From: an uncultured delta proteobacterium
GTDB taxonomy: Bacteria; Myxococcota_A; Polyangia; Palsa-1104
Assembly: GCA_963785725.1 (NCBI GenBank)
Contig: CAWAWS010000024.1
Span: forward strand, 96,001-160,000
Direction: 5' to 3'
DNA: 64,000 bases
Positions 51,143 through 61,391 of the stretch are shown here, one piece after another. How positions within the stretch are numbered: the stretch's first letter is position 1; the number at the start of each line of letters is the position of its first letter. Below the pieces are notes generated by a model. It saw nothing but the letters and a program-made list of their open reading frames with translations, did not search any database and was not told the origin of the DNA. The position numbers were made by a program, and so were the translations under genes.

Positions 51143-52741
51143 ATGACCCCGCCGCGCCCGCCCAGCTTGGCGCTGCTCGTCGCCGTCGTCGCTGTTGGCG
51201 TCGCGGCGGCGTGGGCGCCGGCGTTGCGCGGCGACTTCGTGTGGGACGATCAGCACGACATCGTGCACTCCGACCGGCTGCATCACGCCCGCGCGATCGT
51301 CGACGTCTTCCGCCATCACGCCATGTGGTCGGCCGATCAGCCGGAGACGACGGTCGCGACCTATCGTCCGCTGGCGCTGGCGACGTTGGCGATCGACTAC
51401 CAGCTGTGGCAGCTGCGTCCGGCCGGCTATCACGCGACCTCGATCCTCTTGCACATGCTGGCGACGCTGGCGCTGCTCTTGGCCTTGCGCCGCCTGCTGC
51501 GCGACGACGTGGCCGCGGCCGCGTTGGCGCTCCTGTTCGCGCTGCACCCGGCGAACGCCGAAGCCGTCGCCTGGATCAACGGACGCTCCGAAGTGCTGGC
51601 GCTCCTCTTCGGCGCGCTCGCGTTGTGGGCGGCGGCCGCGCGTCGTCCGCTGTGGCTCGCGCCGTTTCTGCTGTTGGCGATGTTGGCGAAGGAGACGGGC
51701 GCGCTCTTCGTGCCACTGGCCGTCGCCGTCGCCTGGATGGAGCCACGCGAGACCGCCGGCGAGCGGCTGCGACCGACGTGGCCACCGGTCGTCGCCTGCT
51801 TCGCCGCGCTCGTCGCCTACGTGGCGCTGCGCGCCGGCGCGCTCGGCCGGAGCGCGCTGCCGACGGGCGCGCTCGCCGACGCCGCGCGCGCCCTGCCCGC
51901 CTTGTGGATGCGCGCCACGCAGGCGGCGGTCGTGCCGCTCGACCGCGCGCCGGTGACGCTGTCGAGCTGGCTACACGCGCTCGGCCCCAAAGAGCACGCC
52001 GCCTACGCCTTGGCGTCGCTGGCCGTCTTCGGCATCTTGGCGGTGCTCGTCGCTCGTCGGCGCCTGTTGGCCGCGCTCGGGCTCGTCTGGTGGCTGGGCG
52101 CGCTCGTGCCGACGACGGCCATCGTCATCCTCGATTACCCGTGGCCGGGCTTGGCGCGCTGGCTCTACATCGGCCTGCCCGGCCTCATCCTGTGCCTCTA
52201 TTTGGCGGCCGCCAAGCGGCTGAGCCCGCGCGGCCAGCTCGCGCTCTTCACAATCGTCGCCGCGTCGTGGCTCATCGCCGCCGAGCGCGCCATCCCCACC
52301 TGGCGCTCCGACACGCAGCTCTACGCCACCATGGTCGAAGAGTCGCCCGACGACGCCTGGGCCTGGCGCGCGCTCGGCATCAACCAGCTCGGCCTGCGCC
52401 ACTACGCCGAAGCCGCCCCGCTCTTCCACAAAGCGTCCGAGATCGACCACACGGAAGAGGTGCACGCGGCCTTCGCGCTCGAAGCGTTCACCTGGACCTA
52501 CCTCGACCGCTGTGACGAGGCGGTGGCGCAATATCGCGCCCATCCGCCCACACCGGCCGTCGATCCCGACCTGTTCGCCGAAGGCGCCGCCGCTTGTTAC
52601 GTTCGCGCCGGCCGCATCGAGCGCGCACGCCAGCTCTATCGCGCCTGTGCCGCCGGTCGCCCGACCTGTCAGACCGAGCTCGACACCTTGCCCGCGCCGA
52701 CGGCCGCCCAAGCCCCCGGACCGTCGCAGCAAAGCCGTTGA
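51143..52741 (+). CDS. GT-C fold TMTC-like glycosyltransferase with a C-terminal TPR-like region
   Basis: [30 protein letters not shown] and RWLY. Confidence 0.75.
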   Translation: MTPPRPPSLALLVAVVAVGVAAAWAPALRGDFVWDDQHDIVHSDRLHHARAIVDVFRHHAMWSADQPETTVATYRPLALATLAIDYQLWQLRPAGYHATSILLHMLATLALLLALRRLLRDDVAAAALALLFALHPANAEAVAWINGRSEVLALLFGALALWAAAARRPLWLAPFLLLAMLAKETGALFVPLAVAVAWMEPRETAGERLRPTWPPVVACFAALVAYVALRAGALGRSALPTGALADAARALPALWMRATQAAVVPLDRAPVTLSSWLHALGPKEHAAYALASLAVFGILAVLVARRRLLAALGLVWWLGALVPTTAIVILDYPWPGLARWLYIGLPGLILCLYLAAAKRLSPRGQLALFTIVAASWLIAAERAIPTWRSDTQLYATMVEESPDDAWAWRALGINQLGLRHYAEAAPLFHKASEIDHTEEVHAAFALEAFTWTYLDRCDEAVAQYRAHPPTPAVDPDLFAEGAAACYVRAGRIERARQLYRACAAGRPTCQTELDTLPAPTAAQAPGPSQQSR

Positions 52742-52768
52742 CCGCCGCGACACGCCGTGTTAATAGCG
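52738..52768 (+). promoter_or_regulatory. Promoter candidate for atpZIBE
   Basis: TTGACC-N17-TAATAG with an extended TG; same layout as 11980. Confidence 0.5.
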
Positions 52769-52836
52769 CCCACGTCAATGGCTGAGCTTTTCAGCGATTC
52801 GACGAGGTACGGAGGACGGGTCGCATCGACAAGCGG

Positions 52837-53040
52837 ATGATTCAGGCCACCGCCCGGTACAGCTACATCGGGATATTCTTCGGCCTAGCCGTAGGCATCT
52901 GCGTGTTCGCTGGACGCTGGGCCGATCATCGCTGGAAGACCACCCCGTGGCTCACCGTCGCCGGCCTGCTGTTGGGAGTGGTCACCGGCTTTCGTGAGCT
53001 TTATACGGTTAGCAAGCGCGCCATGAAGGACGAAAAGTAA
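52837..53040 (+). CDS. atpZ: AtpZ/AtpI-family (gene 1) protein
   Basis: GRWADHRWKTTPW...GLLLGVVTGF. Start uncertain. Confidence 0.8.
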   Translation: MIQATARYSYIGIFFGLAVGICVFAGRWADHRWKTTPWLTVAGLLLGVVTGFRELYTVSKRAMKDEK

Positions 53041-53418
53041 GTGGAGCTGAAGCACCTCATCGCCTTCGAGAAGTGGACCTGCCTTCTGGCGGTGATCGTG
53101 CTCGCGTCCGGAATCGTCTTCCTCGATCGCCACGCGGCGCTGTCGTTGTCGCTCGGTGCCGGCCTGATGGCGGCGAACTCGTGGTCGATCCGCACGATCG
53201 CCGAGCGCTACGGGTTGGCCTTGCGTGCGCGGCCCGGCTTCGCGATGCTGCTGTTCAATTTGAAGATGGGCGCCATCGTCGCGCTCTGCTGGATTCTGAT
53301 CAACTACGTGCACGTCGATCCGAAGTGGTTCGCCATCGGCATCTCAGTGTTGCCGGCGGCGATTCTCATCGTCGGGATCGAGCACGGCCTTCGTCGCGAG
53401 GACTCCACGAATGGGTGA
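53041..53418 (+). CDS. atpI: ATP synthase protein I
   Basis: Four TMs, directly upstream of atpB. Confidence 0.75.
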   Translation: MELKHLIAFEKWTCLLAVIVLASGIVFLDRHAALSLSLGAGLMAANSWSIRTIAERYGLALRARPGFAMLLFNLKMGAIVALCWILINYVHVDPKWFAIGISVLPAAILIVGIEHGLRREDSTNG

Positions 53419-54211
53419 AGAAACAACCTGGTTCGACCTGCTCCCGGGCATGCGGAACCTGGAGCTGTTTGCCAAGCAGTACCTCGCGCGCACCCAAATG
53501 GGCGTGCAGGGCTTCCCGTCGGCGTTCTCGCTGACCCACGTCATGGGCGCGCTGCTCGTCCTCGCGTTCTGCACGGTGGGCGCCATCGCCTTCGCCGGCG
53601 CCGTCTCCAAAGGCGGCCGCGACGCGATCGTCCCGCCCGCGAAGTTCACGCTGCGCAATATGTTCGAGATGTTCACCGACGCCATCGTCGGCATGGCCTC
53701 GACCATCATGGGCGACAAGAACGCGCGCCGCTTCTTGCCGCTCATCGGCACCTTCGCCTTCTTCATCTTCTTCTCGAACTGCATGGCGCTCATCCCCGGC
53801 TTCGCACCACCGACAGCGAGCGTGAAGACGAACCTGGCGCTGGCGCTCATCGTGTTCGTGATGACGCACGTCTACGGCATCAAGGACAACGGCCTCGCCT
53901 ACTTCAAGCATTTCTTGGGGCCCGTTTGGTACTTGGCGCCGCTCATGCTGCTCATCGAGATCGTCAGCCACATCGCGCGTCCGGTCTCGTTGACGATGCG
54001 CCTCGTCGGCAACATCGCCGCCGACCACAAGGTCGTGGCCGCCTTCTTCGCGCTGGTGCCGCTGTTGGTGCCGGTGCCGTTTCTGATCCTCGGTGTGCTC
54101 GTCTGCATCATCCAGACGATGGTCTTTTGCATCCTCGCGATGGTCTACATCCAAGGCGCCGTGGCTCACGAGCACGCCGACGATGAGCACGCCCACGCGG
54201 ATCACCACTAA
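53411..54211 (+). CDS. atpB: ATP synthase F0 subunit a
   Basis: IEIVSHIARPVSLTMRLVGN and IQTMVF; His-rich tail. Confidence 0.95.
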   Translation: MGEETTWFDLLPGMRNLELFAKQYLARTQMGVQGFPSAFSLTHVMGALLVLAFCTVGAIAFAGAVSKGGRDAIVPPAKFTLRNMFEMFTDAIVGMASTIMGDKNARRFLPLIGTFAFFIFFSNCMALIPGFAPPTASVKTNLALALIVFVMTHVYGIKDNGLAYFKHFLGPVWYLAPLMLLIEIVSHIARPVSLTMRLVGNIAADHKVVAAFFALVPLLVPVPFLILGVLVCIIQTMVFCILAMVYIQGAVAHEHADDEHAHADHH

Positions 54212-54238
54212 AAAGTTTCCCTTTTGGAGGACACGAGA

Positions 54239-54577
<339 letters not shown>

Positions 54578-54601
54578 TCGACAGCTTCAGGCAGTAAACG
54601 G

Positions 54602-54640
54602 ACGGGCGCGCTCAGCGATGGGCGCGCCCGTTTCGTTTTT
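54602..54640 (+). terminator. Intrinsic terminator after atpE
   Basis: ACGGGCGCGC-loop-GCGCGCCCGT followed by TTCGTTTTT. Confidence 0.75.
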
Positions 54641-54663
54641 GCGGCGTTTGCGGCGAGCGGCGA

Positions 54664-55713
54664 CTACTTGGCGGCGGCGGACGACGCGGGCGCGAGCGTC
54701 CGCAGGAAGAACTGGGTCAGCTCGGCGTTGAGCTTGGCGTGATAGGCGGGACGATCGAAGCCCGGCGGATCATCGGCGACGGGGCCGACGCCCGGCCCGA
54801 GCCCGGCGGGAAACGGCGACAGGAACGCATAGTGCCCCGCGTTGTTGACGACGACATACTCCGCCTTCGGCAGCAGCTGATGCACGCGCTCGGCATGAAA
54901 CGGCTGGCGCAGTACCATGTCCTTCTCGGCGCGATAGATGCGCACGGGCGCCGTCAGCTCCGCCATCGCGTCGTTGCCGAAGAGCGCGCCCACCGGCGCC
55001 ATCGCGACGACGGCGCGGATGCGCTTGTCCTGCACGTGAATCGGCGCCGGCTTCGTCGCCTCGTCCGCCGCTTGACCGTGCGACAGGCTGCAGAACTCGG
55101 GATCCTCGCTCGCGTGGGCCGCGCAGTGCTTGCCGAGCTGCGTCATGTCGCCGACGGCGCCGGCGGCCGCGAGCACGCTGTAGCCGCCGGCCGAGAAGCC
55201 GGCCGCGCCGACGCGCGCGACGTCGACATGCGGGCCCAACACTTTGTCGGCGATGACCGCGTCGAGCGCGGCCGTCAACGCGCGCGGGCGACCTTGCCAC
55301 ATGCGCGCCGTGCCTTCGCCCGAGTGATCGAAGTGGTTGTTGCCGGCGTGCAGCGGCGCGATGACGATGAAGCCGCGCCGCGCCAGCCACTCGGCCGAGT
55401 CATGGTGGCTGAGCGTCGTGCCGCCCGAGCCGTGCGACCACACGATCACCGGCAGCTTGCCGTCGGCGGGCGGCGCATCTTGCGCGGCCGACAGCGTGTA
55501 CAGGTCGCGCCGAATCGACGACTCGCCGCCGGGCGTCGGGTAATAGACCGTCAGCTGCGTCGCCGCGCCCGTCGACGGATCTTTGTACGTCAGATCGCGC
55601 AGCCCGCAATGGAACACGGCCGGCGCCGGCGTCGCGGGGGCATCGGCCGCGCGAGCGCAGAGCGGCGCCAGCAACAACGCGAGCGCGAACGAGGTCCTAC
55701 GCAGCTTCCTCAT
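54664..55713 (-). CDS. Secreted alpha/beta hydrolase
   Basis: Signal peptide; SHGSGG, GFSAGG and AGHYAFL. Confidence 0.85.
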   Translation of the reverse strand: MRKLRRTSFALALLLAPLCARAADAPATPAPAVFHCGLRDLTYKDPSTGAATQLTVYYPTPGGESSIRRDLYTLSAAQDAPPADGKLPVIVWSHGSGGTTLSHHDSAEWLARRGFIVIAPLHAGNNHFDHSGEGTARMWQGRPRALTAALDAVIADKVLGPHVDVARVGAAGFSAGGYSVLAAAGAVGDMTQLGKHCAAHASEDPEFCSLSHGQAADEATKPAPIHVQDKRIRAVVAMAPVGALFGNDAMAELTAPVRIYRAEKDMVLRQPFHAERVHQLLPKAEYVVVNNAGHYAFLSPFPAGLGPGVGPVADDPPGFDRPAYHAKLNAELTQFFLRTLAPASSAAAK

Positions 55714-56093
55714 GGACGTGACGTCGCTCCCAGCATGTCGTTGAGCAGCACGGCCGGCGGACGGCCGCCCGCGGTGCTGCCGAGCAGCCGCGCGTCGCGC
55801 GACAAATAGGCGATGAGCGGCGTCGGCGCGCGCACCGGCAGCTTGGCCAGCACCTCGGCCAGCCGCGGCTCGGCCATGTCGACGTCGACGGCGATCGTGA
55901 CGAAGTGCTCGCGCGTGTACTCTTCGATCTCGACTTTCGCCAGCGTACGCTCGACGAGCAGCCGCGTCCCCGGACACTTGGGACGACCGAAGACGAGCAT
56001 GAGCTTCTTGTGCGCGGCGTCGGCGTCGGCCAACGCGGCGTCGAGCCCCGTGTGCCAATCGAGGCCGCTCGTGAACCAGGGATGTTGAGCCAT
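55710..56093 (-). CDS. Thioredoxin-fold protein (single Cys, CPGT)
   Basis: W...LDAALADA...KKLMLVFGRPKCPGT and a cis-Pro-like TP. Confidence 0.65.
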   Translation of the reverse strand: MAQHPWFTSGLDWHTGLDAALADADAAHKKLMLVFGRPKCPGTRLLVERTLAKVEIEEYTREHFVTIAVDVDMAEPRLAEVLAKLPVRAPTPLIAYLSRDARLLGSTAGGRPPAVLLNDMLGATSRP

Positions 56094-56095
56094 CT

Positions 56096-56695
56096 TCAGC
56101 CTCCGGAGACGCGCGCGTACGACTGATCTCGGTCGACGCGAATGTCATCATAGATCGACTGCAGAAGAACGATCTTTTCCGTCAGCAGGCGATGATTGTC
56201 GCGCGCGATCCGCTCCGACAGCGGCAGCCGATTCTGCCGGCGCTCCAGCTCTTGCCATGCCGCCGCCGAGTAGTCGAACAGGAACTTGCCGGCGACGTCC
56301 TTACCGCCACGCACGTCGTCGAGCGCCTGGGCGCGCACGAGCTGCAGCGTCGGATCGGGCGCGCGGCGGAAGAAGCCGACCGCTTGCGCCGCCGTCGCCG
56401 TCGCAAAAGGCGTCTCGGGATGGAACACGGCCGCGACGAACGCCGAGTGCGCCGTCCGCAGCGGCACGCAGGCGCGATCGAACGCCTCGGCATCGAGCGT
56501 CAGGCGCGGAAAGATCAAGAGACCGACCGCCAGCCGCGCATCGGCCGCGAGCGCGTCGATGGCGGCGCGGGCGTCGTCGAGCGAGCCGAGCACGCGCCGC
56601 TGCACCTGCCCGTCGGCCGCCAGCGACGGCGCCGCGAACGGGCAAACGCCGTGCTGCACGACCACTTCGTCGATCCAGCGGCGATTGACGCGCAA
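56096..56695 (-). CDS. DUF1415-like protein
   Basis: WIDEVVVQHGVCPFA, FHP and RRAPDPTLQLVR. Start uncertain. Confidence 0.7.
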   Translation of the reverse strand: MRVNRRWIDEVVVQHGVCPFAAPSLAADGQVQRRVLGSLDDARAAIDALAADARLAVGLLIFPRLTLDAEAFDRACVPLRTAHSAFVAAVFHPETPFATATAAQAVGFFRRAPDPTLQLVRAQALDDVRGGKDVAGKFLFDYSAAAWQELERRQNRLPLSERIARDNHRLLTEKIVLLQSIYDDIRVDRDQSYARVSGG

Positions 56696-56711
56696 GACCT
56701 CGCGTTCGAAC

Positions 56712-57182
56712 TCAGAACTTATTGGTCACCGACAAGAAGGTCATCTTGTCGTTGGTCTCGCGCAGGCGGCCCGACAAGGTGCGCACGAAGTTCCACAAGA
56801 GCTCGTAGGCCAGGTCGCGATCGACGAACAGCAGATCTTCCAGATCTTCTTTGCGGATGACGAACAGGCGGCACTTCTCGTGGACGATGGCGTGCGCCGA
56901 GCGCGGGAAGTCGTCGATGAGCGCCATCTCGCCGAAGTAGGCACCCGTTTTCAGGACGGCCAGCGCCTCTTCGCCCATCCCCGGCACCATGCGCGAGATG
57001 CGCACGGCCCCGTCGATGATGAGGTAGAACTTGTCGCCCTTGTCGCCCTCTTGGAAAATAGTCGTGGCGCCGATGTGCTCTTCTTCCGAGCCGATGTCGG
57101 CGATGCGGCGCAAATAGGCCGCAGGCAGGCCGGCAAAGAATTTGATCGTGCCCAGCAGCTCCACCGCTTCGACGGGCGTCAT
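56712..57182 (-). CDS. Stand-alone cyclic-nucleotide-binding domain protein
   Basis: IFQEGDKGD, FGEMALID and PRSA. Confidence 0.9.
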   Translation of the reverse strand: MTPVEAVELLGTIKFFAGLPAAYLRRIADIGSEEEHIGATTIFQEGDKGDKFYLIIDGAVRISRMVPGMGEEALAVLKTGAYFGEMALIDDFPRSAHAIVHEKCRLFVIRKEDLEDLLFVDRDLAYELLWNFVRTLSGRLRETNDKMTFLSVTNKF

Positions 57183-57228
57183 CGGCGGCTATCGTAAACC
57201 TGACCCGCTAAATCGCAAAACAGATGCG

Positions 57229-58191
57229 TCATTCGCTGAGGAATCGGGCGGCGTCGAGGGCGGCCATGCAGCCGGTGCCGGCGGCGGAGACCGCCTGGCG
57301 ATAGACGTGGTCGGCGACGTCGCCGGCGGCGAACACGCCCGCAATCTTCGTCGCCGTCTGCGCCGTTTTGATGCCGGGCAGGACCAGATAGCCGTTGTCG
57401 TCGAGGTCGAGCTGGCCGCGGAAGAGGTCGGTGTTGGGCTGATGGCCGATGGCGACGAACACGCCGTGCGCCGGGACGCTGGTGATCTCGCCGGTCTTCA
57501 AGTTGCGGATGCGCACGCTGGTGACGCCGCGTTTGTTGCGCTCGCCCTCGATCTCCTCGATGGCGCTGTCGGTGAGCCAGGCGATCTTGGGATCTTTGCG
57601 GGCGCGCTCGAGCATGATCGCCGACGCGCGAAACTCCGAGCGTCGATGCACGATCGTGACCTTGGCGGCGTGCTTCGTCAGATGCGTCGCCTCCTCCATC
57701 GCCGTGTCGCCGCCGCCGACGACGAGCACCTCTTGGTTGCGGAAGAAGAAGCCGTCGCAGGTGGCGCACGCCGAGACGCCGTAGCCTTTGAGCCGCTCTT
57801 CCGACGGCAAATTGAGCCAGCGCGCCTGCGCGCCGGTGGCGATGATCAGCGCGTCGGCCTTGACCTCGACCTCCTCGATGCCGGCGACGTGCAGCGTAAA
57901 CGGGCGCGCCGACAGATCGACCTTCTCGACGTCGCCCTGCGCGAAGCGCGTGCCGAAGCGCTCGGCCTGCGCGCGAAAGCTCTGCATCAGCTCGGGACCG
58001 AGAATGCCCTTGGGAAACCCTGGATAATTCTCGACTTCGGTGGTGTTGACGAGCTGGCCGCCGGGCGGTCCACCGCGCACCAGGCCTTCGATGACGAGCG
58101 GCACAATGGCGGCGCGCGCGGCGTAAATGGCGGCGGTGAGCCCAGCCGGACCGGAACCGAGGATGACGAGTCGTTCCTGCAGCGTCTTCAT
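57229..58191 (-). CDS. trxB: Thioredoxin-disulfide reductase
   Basis: GSGPAG, CATCDG, GGGDTA, HRR and FAAGD. Confidence 0.96.
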   Translation of the reverse strand: MKTLQERLVILGSGPAGLTAAIYAARAAIVPLVIEGLVRGGPPGGQLVNTTEVENYPGFPKGILGPELMQSFRAQAERFGTRFAQGDVEKVDLSARPFTLHVAGIEEVEVKADALIIATGAQARWLNLPSEERLKGYGVSACATCDGFFFRNQEVLVVGGGDTAMEEATHLTKHAAKVTIVHRRSEFRASAIMLERARKDPKIAWLTDSAIEEIEGERNKRGVTSVRIRNLKTGEITSVPAHGVFVAIGHQPNTDLFRGQLDLDDNGYLVLPGIKTAQTATKIAGVFAAGDVADHVYRQAVSAAGTGCMAALDAARFLSE

Positions 58192-58253
58192 GACCGTGCA
58201 GATATAACACCGGCGCCGCGGTCGCGCTCGACCGGGCGCCGCGGTCGACGCGT

Positions 58254-58802
58254 CTATTTGCCGTCGAGATGCTTCATCAGATCCGACATGTCGTTGGCGT
58301 GCTCTTCCTCTTTGGCGAGGATCTCTTCGAGCATGCGTCGGGTCGTCGGGTCGCCGTCACCGAAGAAGCGGATCATCTCCGAGTAGCTCTCGATGGCGAT
58401 GCGCTCGGCGACCAAGTTCTCGCGGATCATGTCGAGCAGGTTCTTGCCCTCGACATACTCCGAGTGGCTGCGCGTCAGCATGCCTTCGGGGTTCAAGTTG
58501 GGCTCGCCGCCGAGCTGCGTGATGCGCTCGGAGATCTGGTCGGCGTGGCCCTGCTCTTCACCGGCGTGCTCGAGGAACTCGGCCTTGACGCCTTCGGAGT
58601 GGATGCCCTCGGCGGCGTAATAGTGGCGCTTGTAGCGCAAGACGCACACGATCTCCGTCGCCAGCGCCTCGTTGAGCAGCTTGATGGCGGTCTCGCGATC
58701 GACCTTGTAGCCGTCGGTGATCGCGCCTTTTTCGATGTGCGCCCGCGCCCGCTTGCGCAGCTCTTTGATGTCGGAAATGAACGGCGACGTTCCTTGGGCC
58801 AT
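58254..58802 (-). CDS. Ferritin-like/bacterioferritin-family protein
   Basis: LNEALATE, EEQGHAD, LVAERIAI and EEEHA. Confidence 0.88.
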   Translation of the reverse strand: MAQGTSPFISDIKELRKRARAHIEKGAITDGYKVDRETAIKLLNEALATEIVCVLRYKRHYYAAEGIHSEGVKAEFLEHAGEEQGHADQISERITQLGGEPNLNPEGMLTRSHSEYVEGKNLLDMIRENLVAERIAIESYSEMIRFFGDGDPTTRRMLEEILAKEEEHANDMSDLMKHLDGK

Positions 58803-58940
58803 GTGTGAATCCTCCACGGCAGAGGCTCTAGTCACCGCCTACGCCCACGCAAGCGGGCGGCGTGCAGAAAACGCGCTGCTGCTGTCTAGGTCGAGAGAAT
58901 GATTGGCGGTGAAGGCGGAAGGACGAGGCGCGGCGCGGCC

Positions 58941-61253
58941 TCAGGAAATCGGGTGGTTGTTGCTGCACAAGCCGTTGATGCAGGTGAAGCCGTCGGACAC
59001 GCCGCAGCAGTCGCTGTCGACGGTGCACTTCTCGAACTCCTGCGAGCAGCTGGGCTGCTGGTCGGTGCAGATGAGCCCGGTTCCACCGTCGCCGCCGCTG
59101 ACCGGCGGACGGCAATAGCCGCCGCAGCACTCGTCGCCCGATTCGCACGAGGTGCCGTCGGCGTGGCAGGGATCGACGGTCCAGAAGCCGCGCGCGTTGC
59201 CGGCGATGAGCTCCTGGCCCGGCAAGTAGAACGCCGGATGCGACGGATCGGTGCCCGCCGGCGCGTTCAGATCGATCGCCGCCACCCACAGCTTCTTCGG
59301 CGTGTACTGCGTCTTGTCGAGCCAATGATAGAGGCGCGGATCGCTGCTCTTGGCGTCGATGGTGGCGATGTTGGCGTAGAGGCGCCGGCTGGTGAAGACG
59401 ACCCAGGCGTAGCCGCCGGACACGACCGGGTTGACCGTCGGCTCGTAGTTGAGCGTGGCGTCGGCGGCGCCGGTGTGCGCGCCGAACGACGGCAAGTAGC
59501 CGGCGCCGTTGAGCTGCGCGAGCGCGACGGGCGCGGCGCTGGCCGTCGTCGACCACATGAGCTCGCCGGTGCCGCCTTGCCACGTGTAGCCGAAGTGCGT
59601 CGACGTGATCTCGTGCTCGAACACGACCGCGTCGCTCGTCGGCAGGAACGACGACCACGAGTCGACGCCCTTGGCCGGCTCGTCGAGCAGGCGGAAGTTC
59701 GAGAACGTCGTCGTGGCCGCGTCGTAGTCGAGGACGGCCATCGACTTGCCGTCACTCGTCGTCGTGCCGCTCGTCGTCGACGACTGATAGTTGAACGAGA
59801 GATGCTTGCCGTCGGGCGAGAACACCGGCAGCGCCGCTTTGAACGAGTCCCAGGGCAAGGTCGGCTGCGTCGCCATGAGCACGCCCGCCGCCGTCCAGGC
59901 TTCGCTCTTCGAGTCGCCGTTGATCATGGCGCCCGAGTCGGACATGAACCAGCTGCCGTCGGGCGCGAGCGCCGGGAACGCGTGGCCGGTGCCGGCGACG
60001 GGAACCTGCGCGTTGCTGTTGGTGAGCTGGAACAGGCTGGAGACGTCGTAGTTGTCGCCGTGCTGGGTCAAGAGCGTCGAGCCGTTGGCCGAGACCGAGT
60101 GGCAGACGCGGCAGCCGGTCATGTTGGCGCTGTAAGTGCCGGCGACGACGCTGGGCGCCGTGTCGCCGGGCTTGATGGCGAGCGTCGCGGCGCCGAACTG
60201 CGGTCCCGTGCGCACGGGCTTGGCCGCCGTGCAGTTGGCGATGGTATCGGTGGTGGCGCAGCTCGGCTCGCCCGAGTTGCCGACGTTGGCCGGATTCGTC
60301 GGATCGGCGACGAGCGCGGTGCCGTACGAGTTGTAATAGACGGTGCCCTTGAGCGTGCCGGGCGCGATGTGCCACGTCATCGTGTAGGGCCCGATCGCCG
60401 TGGGCGTGCCCGATTTCGTGTCCTCGAACGTCAGGCTCACCGAGACGTCGTCGCCCTGCCCGTTGTTCGAATACGACAGCGTGTGCCAGACATCGTCGGG
60501 AATCGGGATGTTGATGAACGGCGTCGCGTTGGCCGCGAACGTCCCCGTGTAATCGAAGTTGGCCTCGTGCAGCTTGATGAGCACGGCGTCGAAGGTGTGA
60601 TTGGCCGACGGATCCCAGGCGATGAGCGGCGCCAAGAGGCCGCGCGGCCACACCGTGCCGTCGTACGGATAGAGGATGTGCACGGCCGTATCGGGCGCGG
60701 TCGGCGTCCCGGTCAGCACGCCGGTCTGCGTCGGGCTGGCGCCGCCCGCCGGACCGCCGCCACCGACGCCGCCGTAACCGCCCGCACCGGCATCGACCGT
60801 CGGCGGATAGGCCGGGTCGCCGTTCTGCGTCTGCGCGATCACCACCGTCACCGACGTCGACGCGGTCTCGCCTTGATAGGTGGCCGTGATCGTCGCCTTG
60901 CCGCCGAGGGTGCCGGCCGGGCTGAAGGCGCCGGTGCCGACGATGATCTGCCCGATCTCGCCGCGATCGATCGTCCAGGCCGGATCGACGCCGATGCCAT
61001 TGACCGTCGCGGTGAAGTTGACGCCGGGCGTCGTGGCGCCGGGTGCGATCGTGATGACCTGGTTCAGCGGCGACAGCACCAGCGGGCCGCTCATGTCCGT
61101 GCTCACCGGCGGGCCGGCGTCCTGCACGGGCGTGACCGCCATGTCGGCGCCGACGACCGGACCGGCATCGACGAGACCGTGCTCGGCCGCGTGATGGCAG
61201 CCGACGACCGACAAGACCAAAGCCGTGCTAAGGCGCGCGAAAGTAAAACGCAT
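58941..61253 (-). CDS. Large lipoprotein with a TolB-like beta-propeller and a Cys-rich C-terminus
   Basis: VVG-C lipobox; PALAPDG, PVFSPDGK and VFTSRR; terminal CC repeats. Confidence 0.75.
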   Translation of the reverse strand: MRFTFARLSTALVLSVVGCHHAAEHGLVDAGPVVGADMAVTPVQDAGPPVSTDMSGPLVLSPLNQVITIAPGATTPGVNFTATVNGIGVDPAWTIDRGEIGQIIVGTGAFSPAGTLGGKATITATYQGETASTSVTVVIAQTQNGDPAYPPTVDAGAGGYGGVGGGGPAGGASPTQTGVLTGTPTAPDTAVHILYPYDGTVWPRGLLAPLIAWDPSANHTFDAVLIKLHEANFDYTGTFAANATPFINIPIPDDVWHTLSYSNNGQGDDVSVSLTFEDTKSGTPTAIGPYTMTWHIAPGTLKGTVYYNSYGTALVADPTNPANVGNSGEPSCATTDTIANCTAAKPVRTGPQFGAATLAIKPGDTAPSVVAGTYSANMTGCRVCHSVSANGSTLLTQHGDNYDVSSLFQLTNSNAQVPVAGTGHAFPALAPDGSWFMSDSGAMINGDSKSEAWTAAGVLMATQPTLPWDSFKAALPVFSPDGKHLSFNYQSSTTSGTTTSDGKSMAVLDYDAATTTFSNFRLLDEPAKGVDSWSSFLPTSDAVVFEHEITSTHFGYTWQGGTGELMWSTTASAAPVALAQLNGAGYLPSFGAHTGAADATLNYEPTVNPVVSGGYAWVVFTSRRLYANIATIDAKSSDPRLYHWLDKTQYTPKKLWVAAIDLNAPAGTDPSHPAFYLPGQELIAGNARGFWTVDPCHADGTSCESGDECCGGYCRPPVSGGDGGTGLICTDQQPSCSQEFEKCTVDSDCCGVSDGFTCINGLCSNNHPIS

Positions 61254-61391
61254 GTGAGCGATTTTATGTGCACACTGCTGTTAGCGTCAACCAGGAGTTG
61301 ACACCCACATCCGCTAGCGCACGCGCCGACGACGCGACTGCAAGGTCGCAAATACATCAACTGTTTCGAGGATTAGGCGAGAGGCGCGAGC

